The notes beneath the pieces are model-generated. The model was not told where the DNA came from. It ran no database searches and saw nothing but the letters and a program-made list of their open reading frames with translations. From the NCBI GenBank assembly GCA_965203355.1, contig OZ241889.1, positions 3,936,001-4,000,000 on the forward strand: a DNA stretch of 64,000 nt. The letters are read 5' to 3'. The stretch comes from Candidatus Latescibacterota bacterium. GTDB taxonomy: Bacteria > Latescibacterota > UBA2968 > UBA8231. Both the position numbers and the translations under genes were made by a program. Positions 44,756 through 56,234 of the stretch are shown in pieces. Every line of letters begins with the position of its first letter. The first letter of the stretch is position 1.

Positions 44756-47700
44756 TTAGCTGGGCTGGTGTAAGCCTACGGGTACTTGCATTTTGGGATC
44801 CAGCCGAGTGGACCGGGGACCGATCAGTTCCTCAATGCCGCGCAGCAAATCGTCGCAGGGATCGACGCGAATGGTCTTTGAGCGCACCACTTTGTCCTGC
44901 TCGCCGCCGTTTTGGAGCCGGAGCCACAACTCGCAATCGCCCGTGTGGCGCTCGCACAGGTGGCGCAGCCGGCTGAGAAGGGGGTCGCCTACTTTCTGGT
45001 AGGGCAGCGACAAGGTAACGGCCTTAGTCAACTCCGCCCGCGCCGATTCAAGGGGCAGCGCGCGATCGGCCTGTAAACTCAGGCGTCCGTTGCGCTCGCA
45101 AACGCGCCCCTCTACGAGGATGGTTTCGCCTTCCACGAGTAGCTGTTGGCAGTGGGCGAAGGTGTCGCCGAAAAACGCGATATCGCCCGTGCTATTGAGG
45201 TCTTTGAGCGTGACAAAGGCATAGGGATTGCCGCGGCGGTCAAAGAGCTTGCGCACCTCCTCGACTAGGCCACCGACCCGCAGCGGCATACCGTTGCGCT
45301 GCCCATCTATCTCGCTTAGAGGCCGTGCGAGGTTTCCGAGATCGCGGGCGTAGCGCTCGAGCGGATGGCCGGAGATATAAAGACCCAATAGGTCGCGTTC
45401 CTTGGCCAGCTTTTCGCGCTCAGACCACTCCTCGACCTCGGGTAGGTCCTGTACTACTAGCTCGGACGAGCCGCCGCCGAAGAGGCTGATTTGCCCCTTT
45501 TCGTGGTTTTCTTGGGCCTTGTTTGCGGCCTTTAACGCCAGATCTAGTGCCTCCATTTTCTGTGCGCGATGGCCTTCAAGGCTCTCCAACGCGCCGGCAG
45601 CAATCAGACTCTCGATCACGCGCCGGTTGACCGCACGCAAGTCGATGCGCTCGCAGAATTCGAAGAGCGTGGTAAACGGCCCGTCTGCAATCCGCGTATC
45701 TACTATGCCCTGTACTGCGATCTCGCCGACGTTCTTGATCGCCGCCAAACCGTAGCGAATGCCCTCGTCCGTCGGTGTGAAATTGAGCGTACTCTGGTTG
45801 ACATCAGGCGGCAGGACCCGGATGCCCATGCGGTGGCAGTCGTCGAGCAAGACGGTCAGTCGGTCCGTATCTTTGCGCTCAATGGTCAGGCTAGCGGCCA
45901 TGTACTCTTGGGGATAATGAGCCTTGAGGTACGCGTTTTTGTACGCACCCTCGGCATAACAGGCTGCGTGCGACTTGTTGAAAGCGTAGCCAGCAAAAAT
46001 CTCGATCTCGCCGAACAGCTTGTTGGCCAACGATTTTTCCACCTCGTTTGCGACGCAGCCAACGACGAAGTCCTTTTTGACCTTGGCCATTTCCTCGGGC
46101 TTTTTCTTGCCCATCGCCTTGCGCAAAATATCGGCTTGGCCGAGGGTGAAACCGGCCAACTCTTGGGCGATGCGCATAACCTGCTCTTGATAGACCATGA
46201 TCCCATAGGTCGGCTCCAAAATCGACTCCAACTTGGGGTGGTCGTAAGCGACGGCTTCATCGCCGCGCTTGCGGGCGATGAAGGTCGGGATATTGTCCAT
46301 CGGCCCCGGGCGATAGAGGGCGTTCATGGCGATAATGTCTTCGATCGTGTCCGGCTTGAGCTTGCTCAGGTATTCGCGCATTCCCGTGGACTCAAACTGG
46401 AAAACGCCAATCGTCTCGCCGCGACCAAACAGATCGAAAGTGGCTCGGTCGTCCCACGGGATGGTTTCCAAATTAAAGTCCGGCTCCTTGAGCCGAATCA
46501 AGCGCACGGCCTCATCAACCAGCGACAACTCCTTTAAGCCCAAAATGTCCATCTTCAGCAAGCCGATGTCCATGCAGGTCTCGCCGACGAACTGGGTGGT
46601 TATAGTCCCGTCTTTCGGGGCGCGATAGAGCGGCACGTAATCGGTCAATTCTCCAGGAGCGATGATGACCGCGCAGGCGTGGACCGAGGCGTGACGCGCC
46701 ATGCCCTCCAGCTTGCGGGCGTATTCGACCAATTTGCCTTCGTTGCCGGGTGCTTGGACTAGCTGCTGTAGCTCGGGCACCCGCTCGATAGCCTTGTCGA
46801 GGGTAATTTTCAGTTCGGTCGGCACCTGTTTGGCGATGCGATCCACCTCGCCAAAGGGCATGCCTAAAACCCGTCCGACATCGCGCACCACCGCTTTAGC
46901 TCCCATAGTCCCAAACGTGATGACTCGCGATACGTTGTCCTTGCCGTACTTATCCACCACATAGCGCAGCACCTCGTCGCGCCGGGTGTCGTCGAAGTCA
47001 ATGTCAATATCGGGTGGCTCAATGCGTTCGGGATTGAGGAAGCGCTCGAAGATCAGGTCGTACTTGATGGGATCCACATTGGTAATGCCGAGGCAATACG
47101 AGGCCAAGCAGCCAGCGGCCGAGCCGCGCCCCGGCCCCACGGAAATGCCCTGATTACGAGCGTAGTTGACAAGGTCCCAGACGATGAGGAAATAGCCGGA
47201 AAAATCCTGGCTGGTGATGACGCTTAGCTCGTAGTCGAGCCGCTCCTGCACGACCGGGTCGACAGTGCCGTAGCGCCGCTCCAAACCCTCCTGCGCCAGT
47301 TGCGTCAGATAGTCGTCGCTGGAAGCATAGCCAGTAGGGATCGGAAAATCCGGCATATAGGTTTTTCCGAACTCAAGCTCGACGTTGCATTTGCCGGCAA
47401 TTTCGAGAGTGCGCTCCAGCGCGTCGGGCAAATCCGCAAACAGCGTCCGCATATCTTCGGCACTCTTCATGTAGAGTCCGTCGGGATAGCACAGGCGATT
47501 TTTCTCGTCAACCGTCTTGTTGGTCTGGATGCAGATCAGGGCATCGTGGGCATCGTGGTCGGAGGCACGCAGGAAGTGGAAGTCATTGGTGGCCACCAGT
47601 GGCACACCCAGCTTGCGATGCAGCTTGAGCAAGCCGTCGTTTACCTTGGCTTCGGGGTCGATGTCGTGGCGCTGGATCTCCAAGTAGTAGTCGTCGCCAA

Positions 47701-48208
47701 AAATGTCCATAAACTCTCGGGCGACCTTTTCGGCTGCGGCTAGCCCCTCGCGCTGGATCAGGTGCGGAATCTCGCCGCCGATGCAGGCCGACATGCAAAC
47801 CAAGCCCTCGGCGTGTTGGCGCAACAGTTCCTTGTCGATGCGAGGATTGTAGTAGTAGCCTTCGAGATAGCCCCTAGAGACGAGCTTGGTCAGATTGCGG
47901 TAGCCAGTGGCGTCTTTGGCCAGCAATATGAGGTGGTTGGAGGCGTGAGTTAGGCCGCGAGCGGGCTGGCGCAAATGACGGCTATCAATCGCTACGTAAA
48001 CTTCGCAGCCGATAATGGGCTTAATGCCAGCATCTTGGCAAGCCCTGTAGTGCTCGATGACGCCAAAGAGATTGCCGTGATCTGTAAGGGCTAAGGCCGG
48101 CATACCCTGCTCGGCCGCTAACTCGGCCATCTCGCCGACCCGACATCCTCCATCAAGCAGGCTGTATTCGCTGTGACCGTGTAAATGGACGAAATCAGCC
48201 GAAGCCAT
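44756..48208 (-). CDS. dnaE: DNA polymerase III alpha subunit
   Basis: FVHLHGHSEYSLLDG, GRGSAAG, FERFLNPER..PDIDIDF, YAFNKSHA and an OB fold. Confidence 0.98.
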   Translation of the reverse strand: MASADFVHLHGHSEYSLLDGGCRVGEMAELAAEQGMPALALTDHGNLFGVIEHYRACQDAGIKPIIGCEVYVAIDSRHLRQPARGLTHASNHLILLAKDATGYRNLTKLVSRGYLEGYYYNPRIDKELLRQHAEGLVCMSACIGGEIPHLIQREGLAAAEKVAREFMDIFGDDYYLEIQRHDIDPEAKVNDGLLKLHRKLGVPLVATNDFHFLRASDHDAHDALICIQTNKTVDEKNRLCYPDGLYMKSAEDMRTLFADLPDALERTLEIAGKCNVELEFGKTYMPDFPIPTGYASSDDYLTQLAQEGLERRYGTVDPVVQERLDYELSVITSQDFSGYFLIVWDLVNYARNQGISVGPGRGSAAGCLASYCLGITNVDPIKYDLIFERFLNPERIEPPDIDIDFDDTRRDEVLRYVVDKYGKDNVSRVITFGTMGAKAVVRDVGRVLGMPFGEVDRIAKQVPTELKITLDKAIERVPELQQLVQAPGNEGKLVEYARKLEGMARHASVHACAVIIAPGELTDYVPLYRAPKDGTITTQFVGETCMDIGLLKMDILGLKELSLVDEAVRLIRLKEPDFNLETIPWDDRATFDLFGRGETIGVFQFESTGMREYLSKLKPDTIEDIIAMNALYRPGPMDNIPTFIARKRGDEAVAYDHPKLESILEPTYGIMVYQEQVMRIAQELAGFTLGQADILRKAMGKKKPEEMAKVKKDFVVGCVANEVEKSLANKLFGEIEIFAGYAFNKSHAACYAEGAYKNAYLKAHYPQEYMAASLTIERKDTDRLTVLLDDCHRMGIRVLPPDVNQSTLNFTPTDEGIRYGLAAIKNVGEIAVQGIVDTRIADGPFTTLFEFCERIDLRAVNRRVIESLIAAGALESLEGHRAQKMEALDLALKAANKAQENHEKGQISLFGGGSSELVVQDLPEVEEWSEREKLAKERDLLGLYISGHPLERYARDLGNLARPLSEIDGQRNGMPLRVGGLVEEVRKLFDRRGNPYAFVTLKDLNSTGDIAFFGDTFAHCQQLLVEGETILVEGRVCERNGRLSLQADRALPLESARAELTKAVTLSLPYQKVGDPLLSRLRHLCERHTGDCELWLRLQNGGEQDKVVRSKTIRVDPCDDLLRGIEELIGPRSTRLDPKMQVPVGLHQPS

Positions 48209-48501
48209 GACTACCTCCGCTACCTGTATGCGCTAGAAAAAATCTCTGGATTTAGAGAGCAAGGCCGAACAACGGGCCCAACTGCCTGGGGAAGGCATCG
48301 CCTTAGGGCAAGCATAGCCAATCCAAAAGGGACTGTCAACGGACCACAGAGGAGATGATTTTTTATAACATGTTATTTTATTTATGAAAAGAGAAATTTA
48401 TTGTATCCCCTTGGCAAAATAGACTGTACCCACCTGCGCCGCGAACTTGTCGCTGGAAACAGATGGGGCTATCTTTAAGTTGTTGCCGAGGAGCTAATCT
48501 G

Positions 48502-48750
48502 ATGATTGACAAAGAACTGTTGGCGATTCTCGCCTGCCCCGAGACCAAAGAGCCGGTCGCGCTCGCCGAGGAAGAACTCATCGCCGCGCTCAACAGCCGC
48601 ATTGCGCGTGGAGAGGTCAAGAATCGAGCCGGCAAAACCGTAGAAGGCAAGATCGACGGCGGCCTAGTGCGCGCAGATGGCGCGTACCTGTATCCGATCC
48701 AAGACGAAATCCCCATCCTGCTTCTCGACGAAGCCATCCCACTCCGCTAG
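48502..48750 (+). CDS. Trm112/YcaR-like protein
   Basis: LLAILACPETK...YPIQDEIPILLLDEA; GAGGAG RBS. Confidence 0.88.
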   Translation: MIDKELLAILACPETKEPVALAEEELIAALNSRIARGEVKNRAGKTVEGKIDGGLVRADGAYLYPIQDEIPILLLDEAIPLR

Positions 48751-48762
48751 CGCCCGCACAAA

Positions 48763-48792
48763 AAAGGGACTGTGCGCTTATACAGTCCCTTT
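48763..48792. terminator. Bidirectional terminator
   Basis: aaagggactgt-loop-acagtcccttt between Trm112 and the convergent tRNA-Leu. Confidence 0.7.
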
Positions 48793-48806
48793 GTCAACGT
48801 ACATTA

Positions 48807-48891
48807 TGGTGCCGAAGCGGGGATTCGAACCCCGACGCCGTAAGGCACTGCCCCCTCAAGACAGCGTGTCTACCAATTCCACCACTTCGGC
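48807..48891 (-). tRNA. tRNA-Leu (GAG)
   Basis: 85-nt cloverleaf with long variable arm, anticodon GAG, CCA end; downstream of secG as commonly seen. Confidence 0.95.
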
Positions 48892-48909
48892 AAAAACCAG
48901 TTTGGCCTG

Positions 48910-49299
48910 CTACTGAGCCTCGACCGGTGGCTCCTCAGCAGTCGAGGATTCAGCCGGCTTTTCTTCCTCGCCCAGCAGGTGCTCTGCTTCCGGGATGGCA
49001 GGCACCGCTGGCACCTGTTGCTCGGCCATCGTCCGTTGCGTCGCCGTCGTCGGAGTGGTCTCGGCCGTCTGAAAGGCCACCGACTGCACCAAACAGCTCA
49101 GCATAAAAGCCGTGGCCAAAACGGTCGTGGCTTTGGTCAGAAACGTGGCTGCGGTACGGCCGCCCAACACGGAGGAAGAGGCTAGTCCGCCACCGATCGA
49201 TCCGGCCAAGCCGCCCCCCTTGCCCGCCTGCAAGAGCACGGTCACGACTAGGAGTACGCAAATCAGCACGTGAAAAATCGCAAATAGAATCTCAAGCAT
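48910..49299 (-). CDS. secG: Preprotein translocase subunit SecG
   Basis: VLLQAGKGGGLAG..G.R..ATFLTKAT, two TM helices, downstream of tpiA. Confidence 0.93.
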   Translation of the reverse strand: MLEILFAIFHVLICVLLVVTVLLQAGKGGGLAGSIGGGLASSSVLGGRTAATFLTKATTVLATAFMLSCLVQSVAFQTAETTPTTATQRTMAEQQVPAVPAIPEAEHLLGEEEKPAESSTAEEPPVEAQ

Positions 49300-49375
49300 A
49301 ATTTTGTGATAGCTTCCAAGTTTTGGTAATTGAGAATTACCTCCACCCCAATTCCCAATTAAGACAAATTTAAGG

Positions 49376-50128
49376 TTAAAGGGCGGCCTTCACAATAGCG
49401 GCAAACTGCCCGGCGTCCAACGCGGCACCGCCGATCAAGCCTCCATCGATGTTGGCTTGAGCAAAAAGTTCGGCAGCGTTTTCGGGTTTGACGCTGCCGC
49501 CGTACTGGATGCACACCTCAGCGGCGGCGGCTTTGCCCAAGTGCCCCGCGAGGAAATGGCGGATCATGGCATGGACTTCTTCGGCTTGCGCGGCCGTCGC
49601 GGTCACGCCGGTGCCAATCGCCCAAACCGGCTCGTACGCCCATAATACCGCACGCGCTGCACCCGCCGCAATTCCGGCTATGGCACCGCTCACTTGGCCG
49701 AGGACGACCTCCTCAATTCGGCCAGCTTCGCGCTCTTGCAGAGTCTCGCCGACGCAGACGATCGGGCACAGGCCGGTTTGGAGGGCGCAAGCTAGCTTGC
49801 GGTTGACTAGCGAGTCGTCCTCGCCGCAAAACTGTCTTCGCTCGGAATGCCCCAGCAACACGTAAGAGCAACCAGCCGCCAAGAGCATGGCGGCGGATAT
49901 TTCTCCGGTGAAAGCTCCCTGCCGCTCCCAGTGCATGTTCTGGGCTCCTAACCCAATGGGGCTATCGGCAAGGGCCGCGCACGCGGTTTCCAAGCAGGTG
50001 AACGGCGGGCAGACGACGACTTCCACGTCGAGTCCCGCAACGAGCGGCTTGATCGCTTCGACCCACTCGACGGCCTCAGCAGCCGTCTTGTGCATCTTCC
50101 AGTTGCCAGCGACAATGGGGCGGCGCAT
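49376..50128 (-). CDS. tpiA: Triosephosphate isomerase
   Basis: [23 protein letters not shown] and YGGSVK. Confidence 0.98.
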   Translation of the reverse strand: MRRPIVAGNWKMHKTAAEAVEWVEAIKPLVAGLDVEVVVCPPFTCLETACAALADSPIGLGAQNMHWERQGAFTGEISAAMLLAAGCSYVLLGHSERRQFCGEDDSLVNRKLACALQTGLCPIVCVGETLQEREAGRIEEVVLGQVSGAIAGIAAGAARAVLWAYEPVWAIGTGVTATAAQAEEVHAMIRHFLAGHLGKAAAAEVCIQYGGSVKPENAAELFAQANIDGGLIGGAALDAGQFAAIVKAAL

Positions 50129-50129
50129 C

Positions 50130-51335
50130 TTAGTTTTCCTCGTCGTCCAAGGCCGCCACCCCGGGCAAGACCCGCCCGCTCATGCACGCTAGCGACGCCC
50201 CGCCCCCAGTGGAAATATGAGTCATCGCTTGGGCCAATCCGGCTTGAGCTACAGCCGCGGCCGTGTCCCCACCGCCAATAATGCTCACGGCACCCCCGCT
50301 AGTAGCCGCCGCTAGGGCTTGGGCAACCTGTTGGGTCCCTTGGGCAAAGGAGGCCATCTCGCACACTCCGAGGGGACCGTTCCACACGATGGTCCCGCCC
50401 CGGGCGATCTGGTCGGCGTAGCACTGCCGGGTCTGGGGGCCGATGTCCATGCCTTGCCAACCGAGAGGGATGGCGTCGCGGGCGACTACTTGCGCTTGGG
50501 CAGCGGCGGCAAAGTGGTCGGCGACTACGCAATCTGCGGGAAGTTGGAGATCCAATCCCCCGGTTTCGACGCGGGTCAATAGCCGCCGAGCCGTGTCTAG
50601 ACAATCTTCTTCGAGCAGCGAATCCCCGATCGCTAGCCCCATGGCCTTGAAAAAGGTATAGGCCATGCCGCCGCCGATGAGCAGGGCGTCCACTCGGTCG
50701 AGTAAGTGCTCGATCAGTTCGATTTTGCCCGAAATTTTGGCCCCGCCCAAAATGGCAGTAAATGGCCGCTGCGGGCGGCGCAGGGCCTCGTCGAGATAGG
50801 AAATTTCCCGCTCCATCAACAGGCCGCTGACCCCCGCGCCCATACAGCGCGGCACTCCCTCGGTTGAAGCGTGCGCCCGGTGCGCCGCCCCAAAGGCATC
50901 GTTGACGTACGCATCGCCTAGCCCGGCCAACTGCTGGGCAAAAGTATGCTCGTTTTGCTCTTCTTCCCTATGGAAGCGCACGTTCTCTAAGAGCAGAACC
51001 TGCCCCGGCTGCAAGGCAGCAGCTTGGGCTGCGACCTCGGCACCCACGCAGTCTGGAGCCATGCCCACCACACGGCCCAACAACCGGCTCAGGTATTCGG
51101 CTACTGGAGCCAGCGACAGCGCGGGTACTCGCTGGCCGCGGGGGCGCCCCAAGTGCGACATCAGAATGACGGACGCACCCTGCGCCAACAAGTGCTCGAT
51201 CGTTGGCAGCGCGGCGCGAACCCGCGTGTCATCGACGATCTGGCCGGACTCGTCGTCGAGCGGCACGTTGAAATCCACTCGCACGAGGACCCGCTTGCCA
51301 GCTGCATCGAGGTCCCTGACGGTGCGCTTAGCCAT
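50130..51335 (-). CDS. pgk: Phosphoglycerate kinase
   Basis: [26 protein letters not shown] and [10 protein letters not shown]. Confidence 0.98.
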   Translation of the reverse strand: MAKRTVRDLDAAGKRVLVRVDFNVPLDDESGQIVDDTRVRAALPTIEHLLAQGASVILMSHLGRPRGQRVPALSLAPVAEYLSRLLGRVVGMAPDCVGAEVAAQAAALQPGQVLLLENVRFHREEEQNEHTFAQQLAGLGDAYVNDAFGAAHRAHASTEGVPRCMGAGVSGLLMEREISYLDEALRRPQRPFTAILGGAKISGKIELIEHLLDRVDALLIGGGMAYTFFKAMGLAIGDSLLEEDCLDTARRLLTRVETGGLDLQLPADCVVADHFAAAAQAQVVARDAIPLGWQGMDIGPQTRQCYADQIARGGTIVWNGPLGVCEMASFAQGTQQVAQALAAATSGGAVSIIGGGDTAAAVAQAGLAQAMTHISTGGGASLACMSGRVLPGVAALDDEEN

Positions 51336-51339
51336 GCTA

Positions 51340-52392
51340 TTAACCGAAAAATACCGTAGCTAGGTCGTATAGCTCTTGGTCAACTACCTTGAGCTGATTG
51401 ACGGCCTCGGCGAGTGGGATCGCCACGATTTCATTGCCTTGCAGACTCACCATCTTGCCGAAGTCGCCTTTGTGTACCCAATCGATCGCGGCAATGCCAA
51501 AGCGCGTGCCCAAGACGCGGTCGAAGGCCGTGGGCGTTCCCCCGCGCTGCAAGTGCCCCAGCACCGTAACGCGCGTTTCGTAGTTGGTTGCCTCTTCAAC
51601 CGCGTTGGCGACGAGTTGGCCGATACCACCCAGCTTGACGTGGCCGAATTCGTCGAGTCCCCCTTCGGAGACCACGTACTCTTTCTCCCGGCCTTCCCCG
51701 GAAATCAACTGCGCTCCCTCGGCCACCACCACGATCGAAAAGTCCTTGCCGCGCTCGTGTCGCTTGCGAATGATGCCAACGATTTCTTCGATGGTGTATT
51801 TCTGCTCGGGAATGAGGATCATATCCGCGCCACCAGCCAAACCGGCGTAGAGGGCAATCCAACCGCTGTGCCGCCCCATGACCTCGATGACCATCACGCG
51901 GTTGTGCGATTCGGCCGTGGTGTGAATTCGGTCAATGGCCTCGGTGACAATATTGACTGCGGTGTCAAAACCAAACGTGTAGTCCGTGCCGCTCAGATCG
52001 TTGTCAATGGTCTTAGGTACGCCTACGACCGGTACGCCCATGCTCGTCAGCTTGTTGGCTACCCCCAGCGTGTCCTCGCCCCCGATGGCCACGAGCGCGT
52101 CTAAATTCATCCGCCGCATGTTATCGACGACGATTTTGCCGCCGCCTTCCTGTTTGAACGGGTTGGTGCGCGAAGTGCCGAGGATGGTGCCACCCTTGGG
52201 CAAGATGCCGGAAATCTCCTCCAATCCCAATGGCTCCCAGTCGCACTCCATCATCCCCTTCCAGCCCTTGAGAATGCCACAAAAGCGGTATTGGTATGCA
52301 GTAATACCCTTGCGCACCACAGCGCGAATGACGGCATTGAGCCCCGGACAGTCGCCTCCGCCGGTCAATATGCCGATCGTCTTTTCGGCCAT
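51340..52392 (-). CDS. pfkA: 6-phosphofructokinase (group III, probably PPi-dependent)
   Basis: [40 protein letters not shown] and LGHLQRGG. Confidence 0.93.
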   Translation of the reverse strand: MAEKTIGILTGGGDCPGLNAVIRAVVRKGITAYQYRFCGILKGWKGMMECDWEPLGLEEISGILPKGGTILGTSRTNPFKQEGGGKIVVDNMRRMNLDALVAIGGEDTLGVANKLTSMGVPVVGVPKTIDNDLSGTDYTFGFDTAVNIVTEAIDRIHTTAESHNRVMVIEVMGRHSGWIALYAGLAGGADMILIPEQKYTIEEIVGIIRKRHERGKDFSIVVVAEGAQLISGEGREKEYVVSEGGLDEFGHVKLGGIGQLVANAVEEATNYETRVTVLGHLQRGGTPTAFDRVLGTRFGIAAIDWVHKGDFGKMVSLQGNEIVAIPLAEAVNQLKVVDQELYDLATVFFG

Positions 52393-52465
52393 AATATTCG
52401 GACTCCTTGGTTCGCGGCCAACATGGGGGATTCCAAAAGCGTCTGAATGTAGGAATTTGTCAGAA

Positions 52466-53146
52466 TCAGGTCAACAGATCGTCTGCGCCCGAGCGCGCCA
52501 AGACAACAGCCCACAAGCGGCGATCGCCTCCTACGGCTTGCGCACAGGCGACCATGGTCTCTCCGGTCGTCCACACGTCATCTACTATCCCGATTCGGGG
52601 GCCTGCGGGCGGCGCGGTCTTGCACACAAAGGCACCGCGGAGATTGGCGCGGCGTTCTGCGGCCGACAAGAGCGCTTGCTGCCGCGTATTTCTCCGTCTC
52701 CGCACGGTCTCGTGGTACACGGGTACGCCGAGCACGGCCCCTAACCCAGCGGCGATTTCCGCACTCTGATTGAACCCGCGCTCCCGCAGCCGAGCTGGGT
52801 GCAAAGGTACGGGCAGCAAGCAGTCCAGCGGAGCGAGTTGCTCGGCCAAGCAATGCCCCATGCGCTCGCCCAATGCCCGCCCGAGACGCACTTGGTTGCG
52901 AAACTTAAGTGCGTAAATGGCCTGTTGCAGTACGCCCGTGAACGGCCCCAAAGAGACGACCTGTTCAAACGCACGGCTTCCATCCTCGGTTTGCGAATGC
53001 GCGCGGCGCGATACAACTTCCGCCCAGCACGGTCCGCATAACAACTCGGCGGCCTCAATGTACGCTTGGCAAACTATACAGTGCGGCGGATAAGCAAAGT
53101 CCAACAGAGCACGGCCCCACGTCTGTAGTGTTTCTATTTTGCCCAC
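52466..53146 (-). CDS. comF: ComF-family phosphoribosyltransferase-like protein
   Basis: CIVC..CGPC zinc ribbon, PVPLH..RERGFNQS and VDDVWTTGET. Confidence 0.9.
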   Translation of the reverse strand: MGKIETLQTWGRALLDFAYPPHCIVCQAYIEAAELLCGPCWAEVVSRRAHSQTEDGSRAFEQVVSLGPFTGVLQQAIYALKFRNQVRLGRALGERMGHCLAEQLAPLDCLLPVPLHPARLRERGFNQSAEIAAGLGAVLGVPVYHETVRRRRNTRQQALLSAAERRANLRGAFVCKTAPPAGPRIGIVDDVWTTGETMVACAQAVGGDRRLWAVVLARSGADDLLT

Positions 53147-53310
53147 TGTTCGTTACCTAAGAGAGACGCGAAGCGCGTGACACGCCCGCTATATAGGACA
53201 AAGAAAAAACCGTGCCAACTCAACGCGCCGTCCGCTTTCTTGCGGACTTGCCATGATTCACTCCTTTCTCGTACTATTACCCAACCCACATTCCGAACAA
53301 AGGATCGATT

Positions 53311-56199
53311 ATGCCCTTGCTATACGCGCTATTCTTTCTCGCCTTGGCCGAGGCCCTGCCCGCTGAGTACAACCTGCTTCACGGCCCGGACCCCAAAGAC
53401 CCCATGGCAGCTCATATCTACCAATTGGACAATGGCCTGACAGTCTATCTGACCGAAAACAGAGAAGAGCCGCGCTTTTACGCCGAAATCGCCATCCGCG
53501 CCGGTTCCAAGCACGACCCCCAAGACGCCACCGGCATCGCCCATTACCTAGAGCACATGCTCTTCAAAGGCAGCAAAAAGATCGGCACTCTCGACTACGA
53601 AAAGGAACAAGTCCACCTCGACCGCATTGAGACGCTCTACGAGCAGCACTTTGTCGAGACAGATCCAGAAAAAAGGGCCGCTATCTACGCACAGATCAAC
53701 GCCGAAAACCAACTTGCTGCCACCTACGCCATTCCCAATGAACTCGACCGCCTCTACACCGCAATGGGCGAGCGCGGCCTCAACGCCCATACCTGGGTCG
53801 AGGAAACCGTCTATAAGGTGGAACTGCCAGCCAATCGTCTAGCCCAATGGGCCAAAGTCGAGGCCGAGCGCTTTCACGAACCGGTCTTCCGCCTCTTCCA
53901 AACCGAATTAGAAACCGTCTATGAAGAAAAAAACCGCTCCCTCGACAACAAGGGCCGCGTCATCCACAAGGCCGTGCAAGAGCAACTCTACAAGGTCCAT
54001 CCCTATCGCATCACCACGCTAGGCACGGTAGAGCACCTAAAAAATCCCTCGCTAGAGCGCATGTACGAATTTTACAACACGTACTACGTGCCCAACAATA
54101 TGGCGATCTTCATCTCTGGCGACATCGACATCGACGCGACCATCCAGCTCATCGACCGAGAATTTTCTCGCTGGGAGCGCCGGGAACTGCCTGAATTCCC
54201 CAACTACCCAGAGCCTGCGATCAACGGGGCAGAACGGATCGAGGTCAATTATCCCGGCGAGGAATACGTGCTGTTGGCTTTTCGCACCGCCGAGCAGTTG
54301 CACGAGGACGCCGAGACCTTGCAAATCCTCGACATGATCCTTGATAACGCCACGGCTGGGCTGATCAACCTCAACCTCAATCAGCAACAGAAAGTGCGCG
54401 AAGCCGGCTCCTACCCTTATCTACTCAACGACTACGGTGCCCAGTACTTGTGGGGCATTCCCAAACAGGATCAGACCCTTGAGGAAGTCGAAGCCCTGCT
54501 CTTGGCGCAGATTGACCTGATCAAGGAGGGGCAATTCGAAGATTGGATCATACCGGCCATTGTCACCGACTTCAAAAAGAGCGTAAAGCAGGGGCTAGAA
54601 AACAATAGTTCTCGGGTCGGCTTCATGCGCGATTCGTATATCGGGTTTGAAAAATGGAGCCACGCCGTGCGCTCCCTCGACCGCATGGCCGAGCTCGAAA
54701 AGCACGACGTCGTCGAAGTCGCCAACAAGTACTTCAACGGCGCGTATGTCGCTGGCTACCGCCGCGATGGCCAGCAGGACATACCCGAGATCGCCAAGCC
54801 GCCCATCGACAAAATCGACATTGACGCCGCGCGCCAATCGGCCTTTTTCGCCGAGGTCATGGCCATGCCCTTTGAGGAAATCGAGCCAGCGTACCTCGTG
54901 CCCGAGCGCGACTTCATCACCCGCGAGTTGGCGGGCGGCAGCAAACTCTACTACACCCGCAACCCGCTCAACGATCTCTTTGAATTTTCTATCGCAATCG
55001 ACCTTGGCTCCCTAACCGAAAATCGCCTGCCCGTAGCCCGCGAACTGCTCGACAAGTCGGGCACCCCGCACTTTGCCGCCGAAGAGCTGAAAAAGGAGTG
55101 GTACAAGCTGGGCACTGACTTTAAGATGAGCGTCGGCGACCAAGAGACTGGGATTTCCATTTCGGGCCTCGACGAAAACTTCGCCGCATCGCTGGCCTTA
55201 TTGTCCGAGCTAATGCACACTCCAACCACCGACGACGCCACGCTCGCCGAGCTTCAGTCCATCATCGTCGCGCGGCGCGACGACGCTCTCAAGGATCACC
55301 GTACCATCCACGAAGCACTCTACCGCTACCACCGCTTAGGCGACATGGCGTACTACCGCCGAGTCCCCTCCAACGAGGAAGTTCGCGCCCTGAGGCGTCA
55401 AGAACTCATCGATCTACTCGGCAGCCTGCTCTCCTATCGCCAGACCCTCAGCTACACCGGGTCGCAGACCATCGAAGCCGTACAGGCCATCCTTGCCCAG
55501 CACTACCCGCTACCCGAGTCGCCGGTCGAACCGCCGCCCTATCAGGTGTTAGAATTCACTCAGCCTGAAAAAACCCAGATATACTTCTTTGACAAGGAAA
55601 TGGCCCAAGCTTCGGTGAGGATCGAGTACGTAGATGTGCCCTATCAAGCAGCGCTCGAGCCAGCCGTCGAACTGTTCAACGACTACTTCTACGGCGGCAT
55701 GGCTGGCATCGTATTCCAAGAAATCCGCGAAGCACGCGCCTTGGCGTATTCGGTGGGTGCCCTCTACTTCAATGGCCGCGACAAAGCCGACTACAACTAC
55801 ATGGTCGGCGGCATGGGTACGCAAGCCGACAAGACACCCGAGGCGGTCGCGGCTTTCGTCGGCCTGCTCGACGACATTCCCTCCTCGCCCGAGCGCTTTG
55901 CCGCCGCCCAGCTTTCAGTGCTCAACAAGTACCGCACGGAACGGCTCGGCTTCCGCTCGGTGCTGGGGGCTGTGCGCGGCTGGGAGCGCAAGGGGCTAAC
56001 CGGCGACCCGCGCACTTGGCGCTTTGAGCAGATCCAAGCCAGCAGCCTCGACGAAGTGCTCGAATTCTACCGCCAGCACATCCAAGGCCGCCCCAAGCTG
56101 ATCTCGATCACCGGCGACAAAAGCAAAATGGACTTCGAGGCCCTAGCCGCACAGGGCGAGATCGTCGAGCTGGGCTTGGAAGACCTGTTCGCCTTCTGA
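53311..56199 (+). CDS. Secreted M16 (insulinase-family) zinc peptidase
   Basis: Signal peptide, inverted zinc motif HYLEH (GIAHYLEHMLFKG), LNAHT and FQEIREARALAYS. Confidence 0.93.
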   Translation: MPLLYALFFLALAEALPAEYNLLHGPDPKDPMAAHIYQLDNGLTVYLTENREEPRFYAEIAIRAGSKHDPQDATGIAHYLEHMLFKGSKKIGTLDYEKEQVHLDRIETLYEQHFVETDPEKRAAIYAQINAENQLAATYAIPNELDRLYTAMGERGLNAHTWVEETVYKVELPANRLAQWAKVEAERFHEPVFRLFQTELETVYEEKNRSLDNKGRVIHKAVQEQLYKVHPYRITTLGTVEHLKNPSLERMYEFYNTYYVPNNMAIFISGDIDIDATIQLIDREFSRWERRELPEFPNYPEPAINGAERIEVNYPGEEYVLLAFRTAEQLHEDAETLQILDMILDNATAGLINLNLNQQQKVREAGSYPYLLNDYGAQYLWGIPKQDQTLEEVEALLLAQIDLIKEGQFEDWIIPAIVTDFKKSVKQGLENNSSRVGFMRDSYIGFEKWSHAVRSLDRMAELEKHDVVEVANKYFNGAYVAGYRRDGQQDIPEIAKPPIDKIDIDAARQSAFFAEVMAMPFEEIEPAYLVPERDFITRELAGGSKLYYTRNPLNDLFEFSIAIDLGSLTENRLPVARELLDKSGTPHFAAEELKKEWYKLGTDFKMSVGDQETGISISGLDENFAASLALLSELMHTPTTDDATLAELQSIIVARRDDALKDHRTIHEALYRYHRLGDMAYYRRVPSNEEVRALRRQELIDLLGSLLSYRQTLSYTGSQTIEAVQAILAQHYPLPESPVEPPPYQVLEFTQPEKTQIYFFDKEMAQASVRIEYVDVPYQAALEPAVELFNDYFYGGMAGIVFQEIREARALAYSVGALYFNGRDKADYNYMVGGMGTQADKTPEAVAAFVGLLDDIPSSPERFAAAQLSVLNKYRTERLGFRSVLGAVRGWERKGLTGDPRTWRFEQIQASSLDEVLEFYRQHIQGRPKLISITGDKSKMDFEALAAQGEIVELGLEDLFAF

Positions 56200-56205
56200 G
56201 TCCTA

Positions 56206-56234
56206 TTGACAAAGCCCCACCCACCGTCTAGCTT
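56206..56234 (+). promoter_or_regulatory. Sigma70-type promoter of tRNA-Met
   Basis: TTGACA-17 nt-TAGCTT. Confidence 0.65.

Noticed and set aside
45569-46537. 322-aa plus-strand ORF
   Set aside because: Antisense shadow of dnaE, typical of GC-rich coding DNA
44756-48208. Intein or split in dnaE
   Set aside because: The length (1150 aa) and motif spacing are normal, with no intein signatures
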